A stretch of 64,000 bases of DNA from Chiloscyllium plagiosum (taxonomy: Eukaryota). The position numbers and the translations under genes were made by a program. The stretch lies in the NCBI RefSeq assembly GCF_004010195.1, contig NC_057753.1:3503514-3567513 (forward strand). The letters are read 5' to 3'. The first letter of the stretch is position 1. Each line of letters begins with the position of its first letter. The notes beneath the pieces are model-generated. The model made no database searches. It worked only from the letters and a program-made list of their open reading frames with translations, and was not told the origin of the DNA. This document shows, in pieces, positions 1-12,082 of this stretch.

Positions 1-281
1 TGTTGGAGTCGGTCGGTTTGTAGTAGATGTCCGTGTTGATTCGGTCGCCTGAGATAGAAATAGAAAAGTCGAGGAAGGGGAGGGAGGAATCTGCGACTGT
101 CCAGGTGAATTTGAGATCGGGGTGGGAAGGTGTTGGTGAAGAGGATGAACTGTTCAACCTCCTCGTGGGAGCATGAGGTGGCGCCGATACAGTCAACGAT
201 GTAGCGGAGGAAAAGGTGGGGGGTGAGGCCAGTGTAGTTGCGGAAGATGGACTGTTCCACATATCCTACGAAAAGGCAGCA
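1..281 (-). mobile_element. Penelope-like element reverse transcriptase fragment, running off the window edge
   Basis: Minus-strand translation CLFVGYVEQSIFRNYTGLTPHLFLRYIVDCIG..., frameshift, HPDLKFTW...LPFLDFSISISGDRINTDIYYKPTDS; RYIDD-like, PFLD and YxKPT motifs of PLE RTs. Confidence 0.85.
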
Positions 282-610
282 GTATGCGCCGTCTGGAGGA
301 GGCAGGAAACATTTGTAAGGTATTTTGCACATTGCCTTCCAAGTGTACAACTGTTGCCAGTTCGATGAATCAGGTCAGCAGGCACATGGGAAAAACAACA
401 CCCGCAAGTTGCCTTCCAATTGCTATTTCTAGTGTATTTTGGATCAATATTCTTGAACACCAGCCCCCTTCCAAACAGCATTTTGAGTGTACCTACACCA
501 ACATGACTGCAGCAGTTTAACAAGACAACTTCTCATCGTCTTCGCAAAGGCAAGAGGGATGAGCAATAACTCTAAGATCAGTCAGTAATGCCAACATCCT
601 GCGTTTGAAG
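280..610 (+). mobile_element. Decayed 3' end of an L2/CR1-group LINE
   Basis: Resembles, from memory, a common shark LINE 3' end (…caaaggcaagagggatgagcaataa…gccaacatcc); no intact frame. Confidence 0.45.
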
Positions 611-2283
611 GGACATGCTTTTCAATATGTTTATATGCATCTATATATTAAATAATGTAAAGTGAAAGCCGGTTATCTATTGTCTCTCAAAGAATAGTTT
701 TCAAAATGGTCAATTGCAGCTAAGCAAATCGTTGCAACCATTTCTAAAAAAGCAAACTCTTGAATTGTCATGCAGCGTGAATGAAACTGATATTAATATC
801 TCTGATATGCTTAGAAATCATCAGGAGAATGAATTTGCAATGATGAATAAATGTGTTTCTTTTTCAATGGAAATTCAACATTAGACGCATAAAGAGTTAT
901 GTGTATGAATTTGTTGCAGTAATAAAGATACCAGAACGTTTTATAGATTGGATGAAGGGGAGTATATCGTAGCATACTGAAATGGAAGCTGCAACTGTGC
1001 AGGTTCAGAAGTGCCTTGAAGATGAAATACCTGTTTCTGAGTGGTCTAATTGCAATAATTCATTGATACCTGCAAATGTGACCTACGTTGTGAAGGGTTT
1101 ATCTATGATCAATGGCTGCTGCTTTGGAAGAATGGCACATGAACCTCGCTTGTTGAGCCCCAACAACTTTGACCATATAAGCTTTACTCTCTCTGGGACC
1201 ACAGGCCTAATTTGAGGCTCACGTTGAATGTATTAACGACAATACGGCAGTCTTTGCACGCACGTGTCCAACAAATGAATATAGAATGTGTTGAGAAATT
1301 TTATTGTAATTCTTCCATGCTTCAACAAGTTTACATCCGCATGTTCAATGTCATAATACGTACAAGGTTCGGCAGTAGAATGAGATTCTAAACGGAAATC
1401 TGCATAGAAGTGAAGACTTTATTTGTTGTGATCTGACTAGAAGTGATAACCCCGTATATTCTGGCCAGCGATGGACTCTCATTTGCTGTTTGTTTATTTG
1501 ATGCATTATTCTTTAAATATATTATTCGTATTACGATACATAATCAGCTCATTGTTTTTGATCACAACACTGGATTGCAAAAGTTTGAGCTGATTGAGTG
1601 TGACTGTATTAATCATAATGATACTGTTGATATATTATTTCATTGAGGTCGTGATACATATGTACATTTATCATGCTATTGACTTTGATGACTAGTTCAT
1701 TTACACAACAGGTTCGTTGATTGATAGAGTGGAAGTGTTAATGATCCCGAAATAATTGAATTAAATAATTTATTGAAGGGATGTTATTCCAGAATAAGTT
1801 GCAGAGAACTCTGGAAAATAAAGTAGGAATGTCCTTCAATGGATGTTAATATTTACCTGTTATCACAGCGCACGGAGATCAGTTCTCTGACAACTTATCA
1901 CTGAATACTCTTCACGTTTTTCTGTTGTCTCTCCACTCTGAGGTCTTGAATACTTCCACAATTATTGTGTTAAAGGACACACTTGTATTTTCTGTCTTCA
2001 TACAGTTTTCTCCAACGGCGTTTTGTTATTTGTTATTTCACTATTTTATTGATTGTATGTCTCTTCACCGTTTCACTTGTATTCAATGCTCACGTTTTGG
2101 TTTTGAAGTGATTGGTTTTGTTCATGAGCTCCATTAGACATTGTCAATTTATATTGCATTTTTCTGTGTTAAGCAGTCTTGGTTTTAAACAGGATGAATA
2201 TGTTCAACTCAGTAAGTGATTGTTTCTAGCTTAATCTATAATGTTCATCACTCTCTCTCTCTCTCTCACTATCTCGATTACAA

Positions 2284-2620
2284 CCAATTTGACAGTGACA
2301 GAGGTACTGTTTGGATGAAGCTGCGCTCTCTGCCTTGCTTATTACCTGTCCCACATGTCAGTGATAGATCTCCTGGTACCATGACTGCTGTGATATGAAA
2401 CCGAATTGCTGCAAAGTATTTTCCGTTTGATTGCCTGTCCATCACACCACTCTGTAAGTTTTGTTCTGCATTCACTTATGCGAGAACTGACAACACTGAT
2501 TGGATAACAGTTGCTTTCACTTTTGATCAAAATGTTAGCTATTTGCAGTAAGAAACCGAAAACGAGATATTGTTCATAGAATACTGTAGTCAAAGTTATT
2601 ATATTCTTGTCCACAACAGC
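2284..2620 (+). pseudogene. GPR139/GPR142-like GPCR pseudo-exon (TM1 end to ICL2)
   Basis: NLTVTEVLFG*SCALCLAYYLSHMSVIDLLV/MTAVI*NRIAAKYFPFDCLSITPLCKFCSAF..DNTDWITVAFTFDQ/LAICSKKPKTRYCS* aligns with exon 2 of the intact gene; stops and frameshifts; pyrimidine tract then 'tacaa' where the acceptor should be. Confidence 0.85.
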
Positions 2621-2649
2621 AATCGTTAAAAAAAATCTTGTTTTACTTT

Positions 2650-2930
2650 ATATATAGAATGCCTTCCGCGTGGAAGCAGGCAATAAGGTGTATTTCATCC
2701 ACTTCGACACTTTGAAGAGGACCCCACGCAGACCCTTCACATTCGTGTAACCCTAGGGTTCCTATGGTTAATCTATCTAATCTTCACATCTTTATAATGT
2801 GGGAGGACACCAAGGGAACAAACCGCCAGACGGAATGAATGTGCAAACTTCACATAAGCAGTCGCCCAAGTGTGGAACTGAATCTAATTCGTTCGTGTTA
2901 AGAGCTAACGTGCTACCAGGTGTAGACTGA
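2650..2930 (-). mobile_element. tRNA-derived V-SINE (HE1-like), decayed
   Basis: Similar to the better-preserved copies at 15927 and 18770 (tgtgggagga…gaatgtgcaaacttcaca). Confidence 0.65.
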
Positions 2931-4236
2931 GTACTATACCTTGGTTCTGTAGCGTTAATCAATGTGCTATACATCAAATGTATTGATCACATATAAATTG
3001 TTTGAATCCATTTTAACCACTTATTCATTTTGATTTTACTTTGAAATGTTCTGACCATCGGAAAAAGTCCACAGACCAACAAAACGTGGAGTAGACTCAG
3101 AGTTCGGAAATATGGAGAGAATTAGAATGATCCAAAGCTGAAAAGTGGACAAAGTGCATTATATATGCCATATTGGCAGCCTACTCAAAATACATACGTT
3201 ATTTATTATCACGCTCATCTGAATCCGAATTGCTGATCTTGCTTGGGGTTCTACTCCCTCTTTTACTTTCAATGAGATACTTTATTTACTGAGTTCTCTT
3301 ATTTATTCTGGAATACAATAAAAATTCAGAACCAAGAAACACGCCAAAACATTGTTGGAGTTGATGGATAAACACACTTTAAGAAACAAAATGAAAGCCT
3401 AATATTAATAATGCCCTCTTTCCAACATCTTTTCCTGGTTTTCCAAATCCTAGGTAAAAATATCGACTGAGACCAACCTGAATTGTGGTGAATTGATAGC
3501 AGTTGGTTTTGAACTGATCTTACTGTGTTATGGAAATTTGAAATTCACTAATAATTCTCTTGGACTTCAATAAGAATTGCATTGTCGATTTAATACCAAC
3601 CATCACACAAATCATTTCGAAATTTTAGCAATTTTACTAAAATCAGGTTTTCCATGAAAATCTCTCTCCATCTGTCTCTGTCTCCTCCAACTCACCAACT
3701 CGAATCATTTTGGCTCAGGCTCTAAATATCATCTTTTTTGCTGCGCACCGTCACAGCTTCTCCACTGAACAACAATTTTGAAACCTTATTTCGATGCTCA
3801 TTAACGTAGTAAAAACCACAGACGATTTTAGTTTTGTTTACTCTTTAGAATGAAGTCATATCTAATACGAGATTATGAGTACAATATTCGATGTTACAAA
3901 GGACGTGGAATTTCAGCGATCAAGTCACACTTTCAAAGCAATTTGTTGCAATTTCATTCCATTGCTCCTTCTTCAGATCGCTTTTATCCTTTCATGCTCC
4001 AGGATATTTTGTCACACCTCTCTGTTCTTCTCTAAACAAATAACATAATTCCTTGATCCAGGAAGTGCCTTTACATGATTTAAATAGCTTCCGACAGCCC
4101 CTGAGACAACTTCCTATCCGGTTGCAAAATCTCATCCTTCCAGCCTTGAATGTGCTATCGCTCCACGTTCTCCCCACCAACGTAATATGTTCACTGTCGA
4201 TGGAAAAAAAATACAGAATTTCAAGCAGCATTTATT

Positions 4237-6720
4237 GTCATAGAGTCCTGCAGCACGGAATCAAGCCATTTGGCCCAAATTGGTCCATGCAGATCAAAAC
4301 ATCCATTGTTATAGACAAAGCCAGACTCCCTCAAAACATTCCAAGAAAGTAGCCAGGACCCTAACTTTGCTAATTATTTTAAACAGGTGTACAGTGGATA
4401 TTGCAGGAGTCATGCAGCTGGCCAACCACTAAGGATTTTTAAACAAAACAGAACCTATTTGCAATATTACCAAATGAAACGCAGACAAAAGAGGACAGTA
4501 TATAGAATAACTTAACCTATCTGAAAACCAAGCAGACTATCCCGACTTAATGTTGCTGTTCCAAATTCCTGCAACACTCCCAATAGTCACGCCTTGGCAC
4601 AAAAGATAAACTCAAACACAATGTCTTAGAGGAGAAAGTGAGATGGCACAGATATGAAGCATGGAACCCCTTCTTCCATGTAACTATTTCATTGACCAGC
4701 AGACTCAAAATGAACGAATGGATTTCGTGAACAGCCCGTCTGCTTAAAAAAAAGCCTAAGCAAGCTAAATCAGAGAAATGCTGAGCTGGTATAACTGGCC
4801 ACTCCCCTTTCATTGTACAAATGACTTTTTTCAAAACCTGAAAGCATTTTTCCTGAGGCAATATCTGTTAGCTATATAAAATTTGCCCTAAAATTCGTCA
4901 AACGTAGGCATTTTGGTATCGCTACTTTTACGAACTCTCTGGAAAAAATGGACAAGGACAGCATACCATTGTCAAAGGAGCAGCATTGTCACAACGTCCA
5001 TTCCCCTGCACTGCACCAATATCCTTTTCATATTTTCCGATACATGCATTTGTCCAAACGCTTGTTAAATGTTGTCAATGTATCCTCAAACACAGCCGTT
5101 GGCAGCTCATTCTGTATATGAACTACCTTCTGCGTAAAAACATTGCCCCTCTGGTTCCCTTTTATTGTTTCACCTCTAACCTTAGACTGATGCTGTCTAG
5201 TCCTCGATTTCACAACTCTGGGAAAAAGTTTGAGTGCACTCACCGTATCCATACCTCTCATGATCTTATACACCTCGATACGGTCCTTCCTCAGTCTCCT
5301 GCGCGCTAAAGAAAAAAAGTCCTAGGTTGTCCATCCTCTCCCTATTTCTATGACAATTGAGTCCAGGCAACATCCGTGTAAATCTCTTCGGCGCTCTTTC
5401 CAGTTTAGTAACATCTTTCTTAAAACAAGGTCACCAAAACCTAACACAATGCTCCAAGTGCCACTTAACCAACGTCCTACATAACTGCAGCATAACTGCA
5501 AAATATCGATACGCAATGCCCTGACTGATTAAGGCCAGTTCGCAAAAAATAAAACCCTTCTTCACTGGCCTGTGTACCAGAGACTCCACTTTCAGAGAAA
5601 TATGAACCTGAACTCGAAGATCCCTCAATTCTGGTACATTCCTTAATTCCCTACCATTGACCATGAAACTCCTAACTTGCTTTGACATTCTAAGAAGCAA
5701 GATCTCACACTTACCTATATTACACTATACTTGCTATATCTCAGCCCACTTCCCAAGTTGGTCAAGGTTCTGTTGCAATTGCTGATAAACTTTCTCACTG
5801 CCTACTTTATTGCCAATTTTAATGGCATCTGCAAACTTACTAATGATGCCTTCTACATTCTCAGACAGATCATTGAATAGATTTAAAAATGCAATGGTCA
5901 CTGCACTGACCCGTGAGGCACTAAACTAGTCAGTGGTCTCCAGTCCGACAAACACACTTCCACTATTACCCTTTGCTTCCTACCATCAAGGCAATATTGT
6001 ATCTAATTTTCTAGCTTGCCTTGAATTCCATGCGATTTAACGTTCCAGATAACCTAGCATGTGAAACTTTATCAAAGAGCTTACTGAAATTCATATAGAT
6101 TACGTCGAATGCCCTGCCCTTGTCAACCTTCCTTGTCATTTCATCAAAACACTCTTAACAATTTGTGAGGCATGATGTCTCCCAAACACAGAACCATGTT
6201 GACTTCTCTTAATCAAGACATGTCTTTCCAAATTCATGTGTATCTTATCGCGCTGAAACTTCTCAAGGTACTTACCCCAACACAGATGTTAAGCCCAATG
6301 GTTTCTAATTCCCAGGCTTTTCTTTGCAGCCCTTCTTGAATAACAGCACAACTTTCACTACACTTCAGTCTTTCGGGACCTCACTTGTGGCTAACGATAA
6401 TGCAAATCTATTAGCCAGGCTCCCTCAATTTCATCTCGAGCCTCTTGCAGTGTGCTTGGATATAGCTGTTCAGGCCAGGAGATTTATCCACATGCATATA
6501 TTCTAAAACATCCTGCATTGCGACATGGACTATCCCCAAGATATCACTACTAACTTCCCTCAGTTCCTCAGTCTTCATGCACTGACACAGTGCAGAAATA
6601 TTCATTGAGAGCCTAGCTCATCTTTGGCGGTTCTGCATGAAGTTGTCCACTTTGGCCGTTCAGAAGACTCATTCTCTGTCTTGGTATCTTGGTAATCTTT
6701 TCACTTTAATATACCTTTAA
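4237..6720 (-). mobile_element. CR1 LINE, decayed 3' half; its 3' tail is split by the insertion at 4307-4993
   Basis: ORF fragments YKIMRGMD..LFP..SRTR.H, GNVFTQKVVHIQNELP, VDKSPG, and FAD motif (gcatctgcaaactt); tail at 4237-4306. Confidence 0.85.
4307..4993. mobile_element. Solo-LTR-like element (TGT…ACA)
   Basis: Ends tgttatag…tgtcaca; interrupts a CR1 tail; flanked by ACATCCAT/ACGTCCAT; homologous to 19281-19881, 49254-49904 and 59455-60020. Confidence 0.7.
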
Positions 6721-7119
6721 TATAAAGTAGCTGTTTGGATTCAATATAATTTTTTCATCCAAAGCAATCTCATGCCTATTTGTGAAAAGTCAGCAAGTCG
6801 CAAACATCAGAGTTTGAATGCATTGCAACCAGAACCATACCATTCAATATGTGGATTAACCATCACGTGTTAATTGGGTGAATGAGGTTGCAAGTATTCC
6901 TTCAACGTTGACAGGTACAAGGACAGCCACATAAATCAGGAACTTTGAAAATGCTTGATATTTTAAAAAGGGAGTAAAATTGGACGTTTGTTTTCATTAC
7001 TCGGGGCGTATTCGGTCTTGAGTGAAACCCTTCGCTGCAAGAAGTGTTAGAAACCATTCAAACACGTTTTTTCGTCTGCTCACTACCTTCACTGGGGACG
7101 AAGGACAACAAATGATGAT

Positions 7120-7804
7120 CATAGAGTAATGGAGCTGAGGTGGAGATCCGATCTTCAAGTTCCTAGCTGGGACGATTACCAACAATAAGCATTCTGGTTT
7201 TGATGCTAAGGAAGGCATAATAACGCCTAATCCTTCTTAGTTGGCTAAGGAAATTCGGCATTTGCAGATAGACTCTCGCCAAATTTTATAGATTCACCAT
7301 AGAACGTATTCTATCTGGATTCATCACAGCTTGGTATGGCGACTGTTATGACCAGGATGAGAAGACACTACAGAGCGTTGCCAATACAGCTCTGTCCATC
7401 ACACAAGCCAAGATTCCATTCATTGACTTTACCTATATTACTCACTGTCCTGTAAAGTCAGCCGACATCAATAAAAATCCCTTCCACCCTGTTTTATCAT
7501 CTGTTCCAAAATCTTTCATCAGGCAGAAGATAGAAAAGCTTAAACACACGAACCAAAACGTTGAAAAACATCTTCTTCCCGGCTGTTATTAGATTTGTGA
7601 ATGTACCTCTCAAATTTCAAATCAACTGTTGATTTGGGGGTTTTTTTTGGTGCATCTTCTTTGCAACCACAAATCAGCATATCTTATTCTTTTCTAATAC
7701 GCTATGATCGTGTATGATATGATCAATGTATGTGGCATGTGAAACAATACTTTTCACTGTATCTCAGCACATGTGACAACAATAAATCAAATCAAATTAA
7801 ATCA
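7120..7804 (+). mobile_element. Rex-Babar-type LINE 3' fragment
   Basis: TIERILSGFITAWYGDCYDQDEKTLQSVANTALSIT; ends in aataaatcaaatcaaattaaatca; same family as 42110 and 51580. Confidence 0.75.
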
Positions 7805-8641
7805 TTCAACTTGTACTCGATTTCGTATGTCCTTCCAAACTGCATCACTTTCTATTTTCCAAGACGCAGTTCTACTTGTCAAAGATCGACTTATTAGTCC
7901 AGGCCATCAATATTGTCCCGTGTTCGAAGTATTTCTCCTCATTGCGTTTCTCCTGGCATAATTTTAGTGTCGTCTCAGAAGCTATAGATTAAACCTCCTA
8001 AATTTACGTTTCCATCATGAATACATAATAAAACAACAAATAGCAAGTCACCCAGATTCTCTGACTGACGGGAAGAATGATTGTTGAAGTTATTTGTGGA
8101 TTATCTCCGCTCTGTTTCTGTATAAAGTTGTTTCTAAGGGGAGAGCTATGATTGTACAAATTCAATAGTGATCGGAGGAAGACTGCTGTGAAGACGTGAC
8201 TTCACCAAACTATGTCGAACAGTGGAATTTGTAACAGTGAAAACACAATAAATGATTATGTCATTAAACCATGACTGGAGGAAATAATCTCTATAAATAT
8301 AATTGTAACAACGGATTTAACCAATGCATTTCCACTGACATGACTTAACGGAGTCAATCAGGTGTTATTTGATTTGACAGTCCTTTTAAAAATGTCATCT
8401 ATCATTTCGAAAAAAAAACAAAGAAAGCCTGCAGAATGAACCCAATTAGGAGCTACGTTTGTACGTAGCTATGTCTTTTTTCTGGAATATTTGGAAGACT
8501 AATTTTTCCAACACTACTCAGACCACATTTCTTACCTCTTTGCCAGGTTATTTGACAACAGTAAGTGCTGTACACCGTCTTGATACAGAACTCTGTGATT
8601 TTCTTCTGTCTAATTGGTTTTCATTGAATCTTTGCCAAAGA

Positions 8642-8787
8642 AACTGCCAAATTTAATGCAGCACGAAAACTGCACACTGGTGTGATAGAAAGGAAACTGG
8701 ATGGGAAATAAATCCCAGCAATCTGATTTACTATCACAGCTGTGACCATGACGAGGAGACCTGTTACTGCCATTGACACCAAGGAGT
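8642..8787 (-). pseudogene. 146-bp displaced duplicate of GPCR pseudogene segment 11874-12019 (TM2-TM3)
   Basis: Direct comparison: identical apart from one substitution seen (tgacgagg vs tgatgagg). Confidence 0.9.
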
Positions 8788-10023
8788 GTGCATTGTCTAT
8801 CTTTTAGTTTACATATCTTATGGCCTTTATACTGATACAACAATCTCCTCTCTTGTGTGTTTTGATGCATCACTCATTGTGATCTTGTTGGCTGGAAGAG
8901 TAGGTTCCAAGGAAGACATGGCCGAGACCTACTCCTTATTCAAATGTTTATATTTACTTTCCTTATAAAGGTATTGACAACTACTCAGGTGTAAGCACAG
9001 CAATGACATCTTTATATAAGTGAAATAAGTGAGAGTTTGATCTCTGTCTTTCAATGTATTACCAAACTTGTCCTTGTGAAGCAGGTGCTCAGGTTTAGGA
9101 AGCGAATCGGATGCTAAACTGGACCAGAGATTGAGCATAATTTAATTAGAGTGGTGGCGAAAGGAGGATTGATTATTTGATTGGTTTATTTTCACGTGTA
9201 TCTTGTTAAAATGTACAGTGAAAGGTGTTGTATCATGATGCCACTCTCGGACACCATCTCAATACACAGACAAATAAACCAAAATATACAATACAAAGGC
9301 AGAAAAAAAAGTACTAAGGAGCTTGTCCAACTTTACAGTCCTTGTTATGTGCTCCATTATGGCCTATTGCCCTCGTGGCCAGACACGAGCTTCCTTCTCG
9401 ACGCTGCAGCTGCTGGAACATAAGTCGCCAATCTTGGTGACATCTCGCCTCCAAAGACGCCATCTTGGTTACATTCCTGATTAGTTTACAGAAGCATTTG
9501 TACAATTATTCACAATGGCGAAGGAATGTAATGGAGAGTGTTCAGAAACAATTAGTTTAGGTGGTAAATCATGAATAAAACCCACCTTGCCCTGTTATTG
9601 CATCTCCAGACTTTATTTCAGCTCAGGCACTATCTTGATTTAACATGGGTTACAGTGCACCTGCAGCCATACCCAGATCAAACTCCATATCTTGTGAATG
9701 AATGAAGACACTTTCTAATCAACCGCAGGGATCTTATGATCTGTCTGTGGCTTTGAATTCCTCGCTCAGGTGTCGAGATGCCACGAGAGCGTTCCTGCAC
9801 ATGACTGATCTGTGGATCAGTGGAATGCACATGGAGTAAGTGAATATGAATAATGGAAGCGAAAACCCACTCAAAAAAGTGTACACGACTGTAGAATATG
9901 CATCCTTGAATTAATTCAGTGTGGTACTATCACAAAAGACATGAGACACCATATGGGTCGGTGGGACACAATATATGCTATGGATGCAGAGAATAAAGAA
10001 TCGATTGCAATGTGCAATATACA

Positions 10024-10025
<2 letters not shown>

Positions 10026-10107
<82 letters not shown>
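10026..10107. repeat. (CA)n microsatellite, about 41 units
   Basis: Perfect dinucleotide run. Confidence 0.98.
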
Positions 10108-10112
<5 letters not shown>

Positions 10113-10269
10113 AATTTGACCGAGTGGATATTCTACGCTTCCTTTAAGTATTTTAAAACTAATATAATTACCATCACTGGACGCAGAATGGGCCCCACTA
10201 TCACTTTAATCACTTCCTCTGGCCTATTAACCAAGAAAAGGTCAGGTTTTGCTCTTGGTTTTGTATTGG

Positions 10270-10565
10270 TGAGAGGTCGGAGAAGTGGGTGGAGAGATAC
10301 GTGGGATGAAGAAACACAAGTAGGACAGGTCATGAGGGCGGAACCGATTTGGAAGGTTTGAACTGGGCTAAGGTGGGGGGAGGGGATTTGAGGAAACTTG
10401 TGAAATCACATTGATGCCATGCGTTTGGACAGTGCCGAGGCAGAAGATGCAGCATTCTTCCACCAGGCATTGGGTTTTCAGGGAATGGCTATGGAGGAGG
10501 CCCAGGACCTGCATGACCTTGACTGAGTGGGAGGGGGAGTTGAACTGTTCGTCAACGGTGAGGTT
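10270..10565 (-). mobile_element. Penelope-like element GIY-YIG C-terminal fragment
   Basis: VDEQFNSPSHSVKVMQVLGLL…EECCIFCLGTVQTHGINV matches the PLE endonuclease C-terminal pattern HFNSPSHS…E…IF.LG…P.G.N. Confidence 0.75.
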
Positions 10566-10774
10566 GGAATTGTACCCAGGTCGCTGGCACTGTGAGGCAG
10601 TAGTGCTAACCACTGAATCACAGCGTTCCTGCACTGTAACTCTGAATGTGTAGATGCAAGAAAATTGGAATTTTACTGCAAGTTAACACACTGACTTTTG
10701 TAGTCATGCAATATTCTTTGATAATTTCTAAATTCACCCCTTAAGCAATGACTGATGGCACCCTCATGTGATGA

Positions 10775-10995
10775 TATTAGATTAAATTAGATTACTTACA
10801 GTGTGGAAACAGGCCCTTCAGCCCATCAAATCCACACTGACCCGCCAAAGCGCAACCCACGCAGACCCACACCCCTATATTTACTCCTTCACCTAACACT
10901 ACTGGCAATTTAGCATGACCAATTCACCGAACCTGCACATTTTTTGGATTGTGGGAGGAAACCGGAGCACCCGGAGGAAACCCACGCAGATGCGG
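10775..10995 (-). mobile_element. V-SINE (HE1-like) 3' half; a tRNA-like head fragment lies at about 10565-10630
   Basis: V-domain core tgtgggaggaaaccggagcacccggaggaaacccacgcaga; (tctaa)-type tail. Confidence 0.85.
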
Positions 10996-11051
10996 GTGTG
11001 TCAGAAAAAATGTTGCCTTGTAGTATACAAAAGTTTCTTGATTACTCCCTA

Positions 11052-12082
11052 TCAATATTTGAATATTTTAATGAATAAGTTCAAAGTAAATCTCACTCCA
11101 TGCTTTAGCTCATCTCTAATTTTGGTCTGTGTCACAGCATGAATAAATGGGTTGATACAGCAGCTCAGTAACTGTAGCATATCTTCGGTTTGTTCCAAAT
11201 AAAATGTGGAATTGCATAAAGTGGATCCTGAGGAATAATATACTATTCGCAGTTTGAACATGAAGAATATTTTGGAAAAGTAACAAATACAACAGAATAA
11301 AACTGCCAGAGATGGCAAAGAGTAAAATAATGGACTTTTTCCGCATCTCTGGGTCACAGTGATTCTCTCCATTGTTCTGAAGCTGGAGTCTTTTACGGGC
11401 TCTATTGGCCAAGAGAATGCGTCTGATGGTCAGGACATTTAGTAGTAAAATTAGAATGAAAGGGAGACATGGAGTTAAAATAGAATAGATCCAGTTATAT
11501 GCAACCAAGCAGGTGATGTATAATATGCTACAAAACCAGGGTATATTGTTATTTACGTTCCTAGGTTCAAATTGAAAATATAAGACACGGTTTTTCATGC
11601 AGCACAGGGTAGACATTACTCCTATCACCCACGCCGCCACCTTCATAGTGCAATATTTTAGTTTCAGGATCTGTCAAGATATAGCCACAAATCGATCAAA
11701 GTTAACCAGGCGGAGTTGTCAATAACTGCCAAATTTAATGCAGCACATGCAGCACAGGGTAGACATTACTCCTATCACCCACGCTGCCACCTTTATAGTG
11801 CAATATTTTAGTTTCAGGATCTGTCAAGATATAGCCACAAATCGATCAAAGTTAACCAGGCGGAGTTGTCAATAACTGCCAAATTTAATGCAGCACGAAA
11901 ACTGCACACTGGTGTGATAGAAAGGAAACTGGATGGGAAATAAATCCCAGCAATCTGATTTACTATCACAGCTGTGACCATGATGAGGAGACCTGTTACT
12001 GCCATTGACACCAAGGAGTAAGTAACGTATCTGGAGGGACCACAGGTTCGTTGAGACATGATTGCAACCAGTGCCAGATTAG
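11052..12082 (-). pseudogene. GPR139/GPR142-like GPCR pseudogene, exon 2
   Basis: Three ORF pieces (11814-12059, 11116-11646, 11052-11372) tile the paralog at 29746-30656; frameshifts, a deletion before DRF, a 150-bp internal duplication, and an acceptor reading AA instead of AG. Confidence 0.92.
11597..11896. repeat. Tandem duplication, 2 x 150 bp, inside the GPCR pseudogene
   Basis: 11597-11746 vs 11747-11896, two substitutions seen. Confidence 0.95.

Noticed and set aside
1455..1500. GLSFAV as a candidate exon 1 for the 2284 pseudo-exon
   Set aside because: Similarity too weak; no YYP, ATG or donor in the expected places
2342..2614. Minus-strand 90-aa ORF ending near a GT donor-like site
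   Set aside because: Antisense of the + strand GPCR pseudo-exon
9911..10361. ORFs with CVCVCV or HTHTHT repeats
   Set aside because: Translations of the (CA)n microsatellite
10565..10630. tRNA-like A/B box sequence
   Set aside because: SINE head, with no complete cloverleaf
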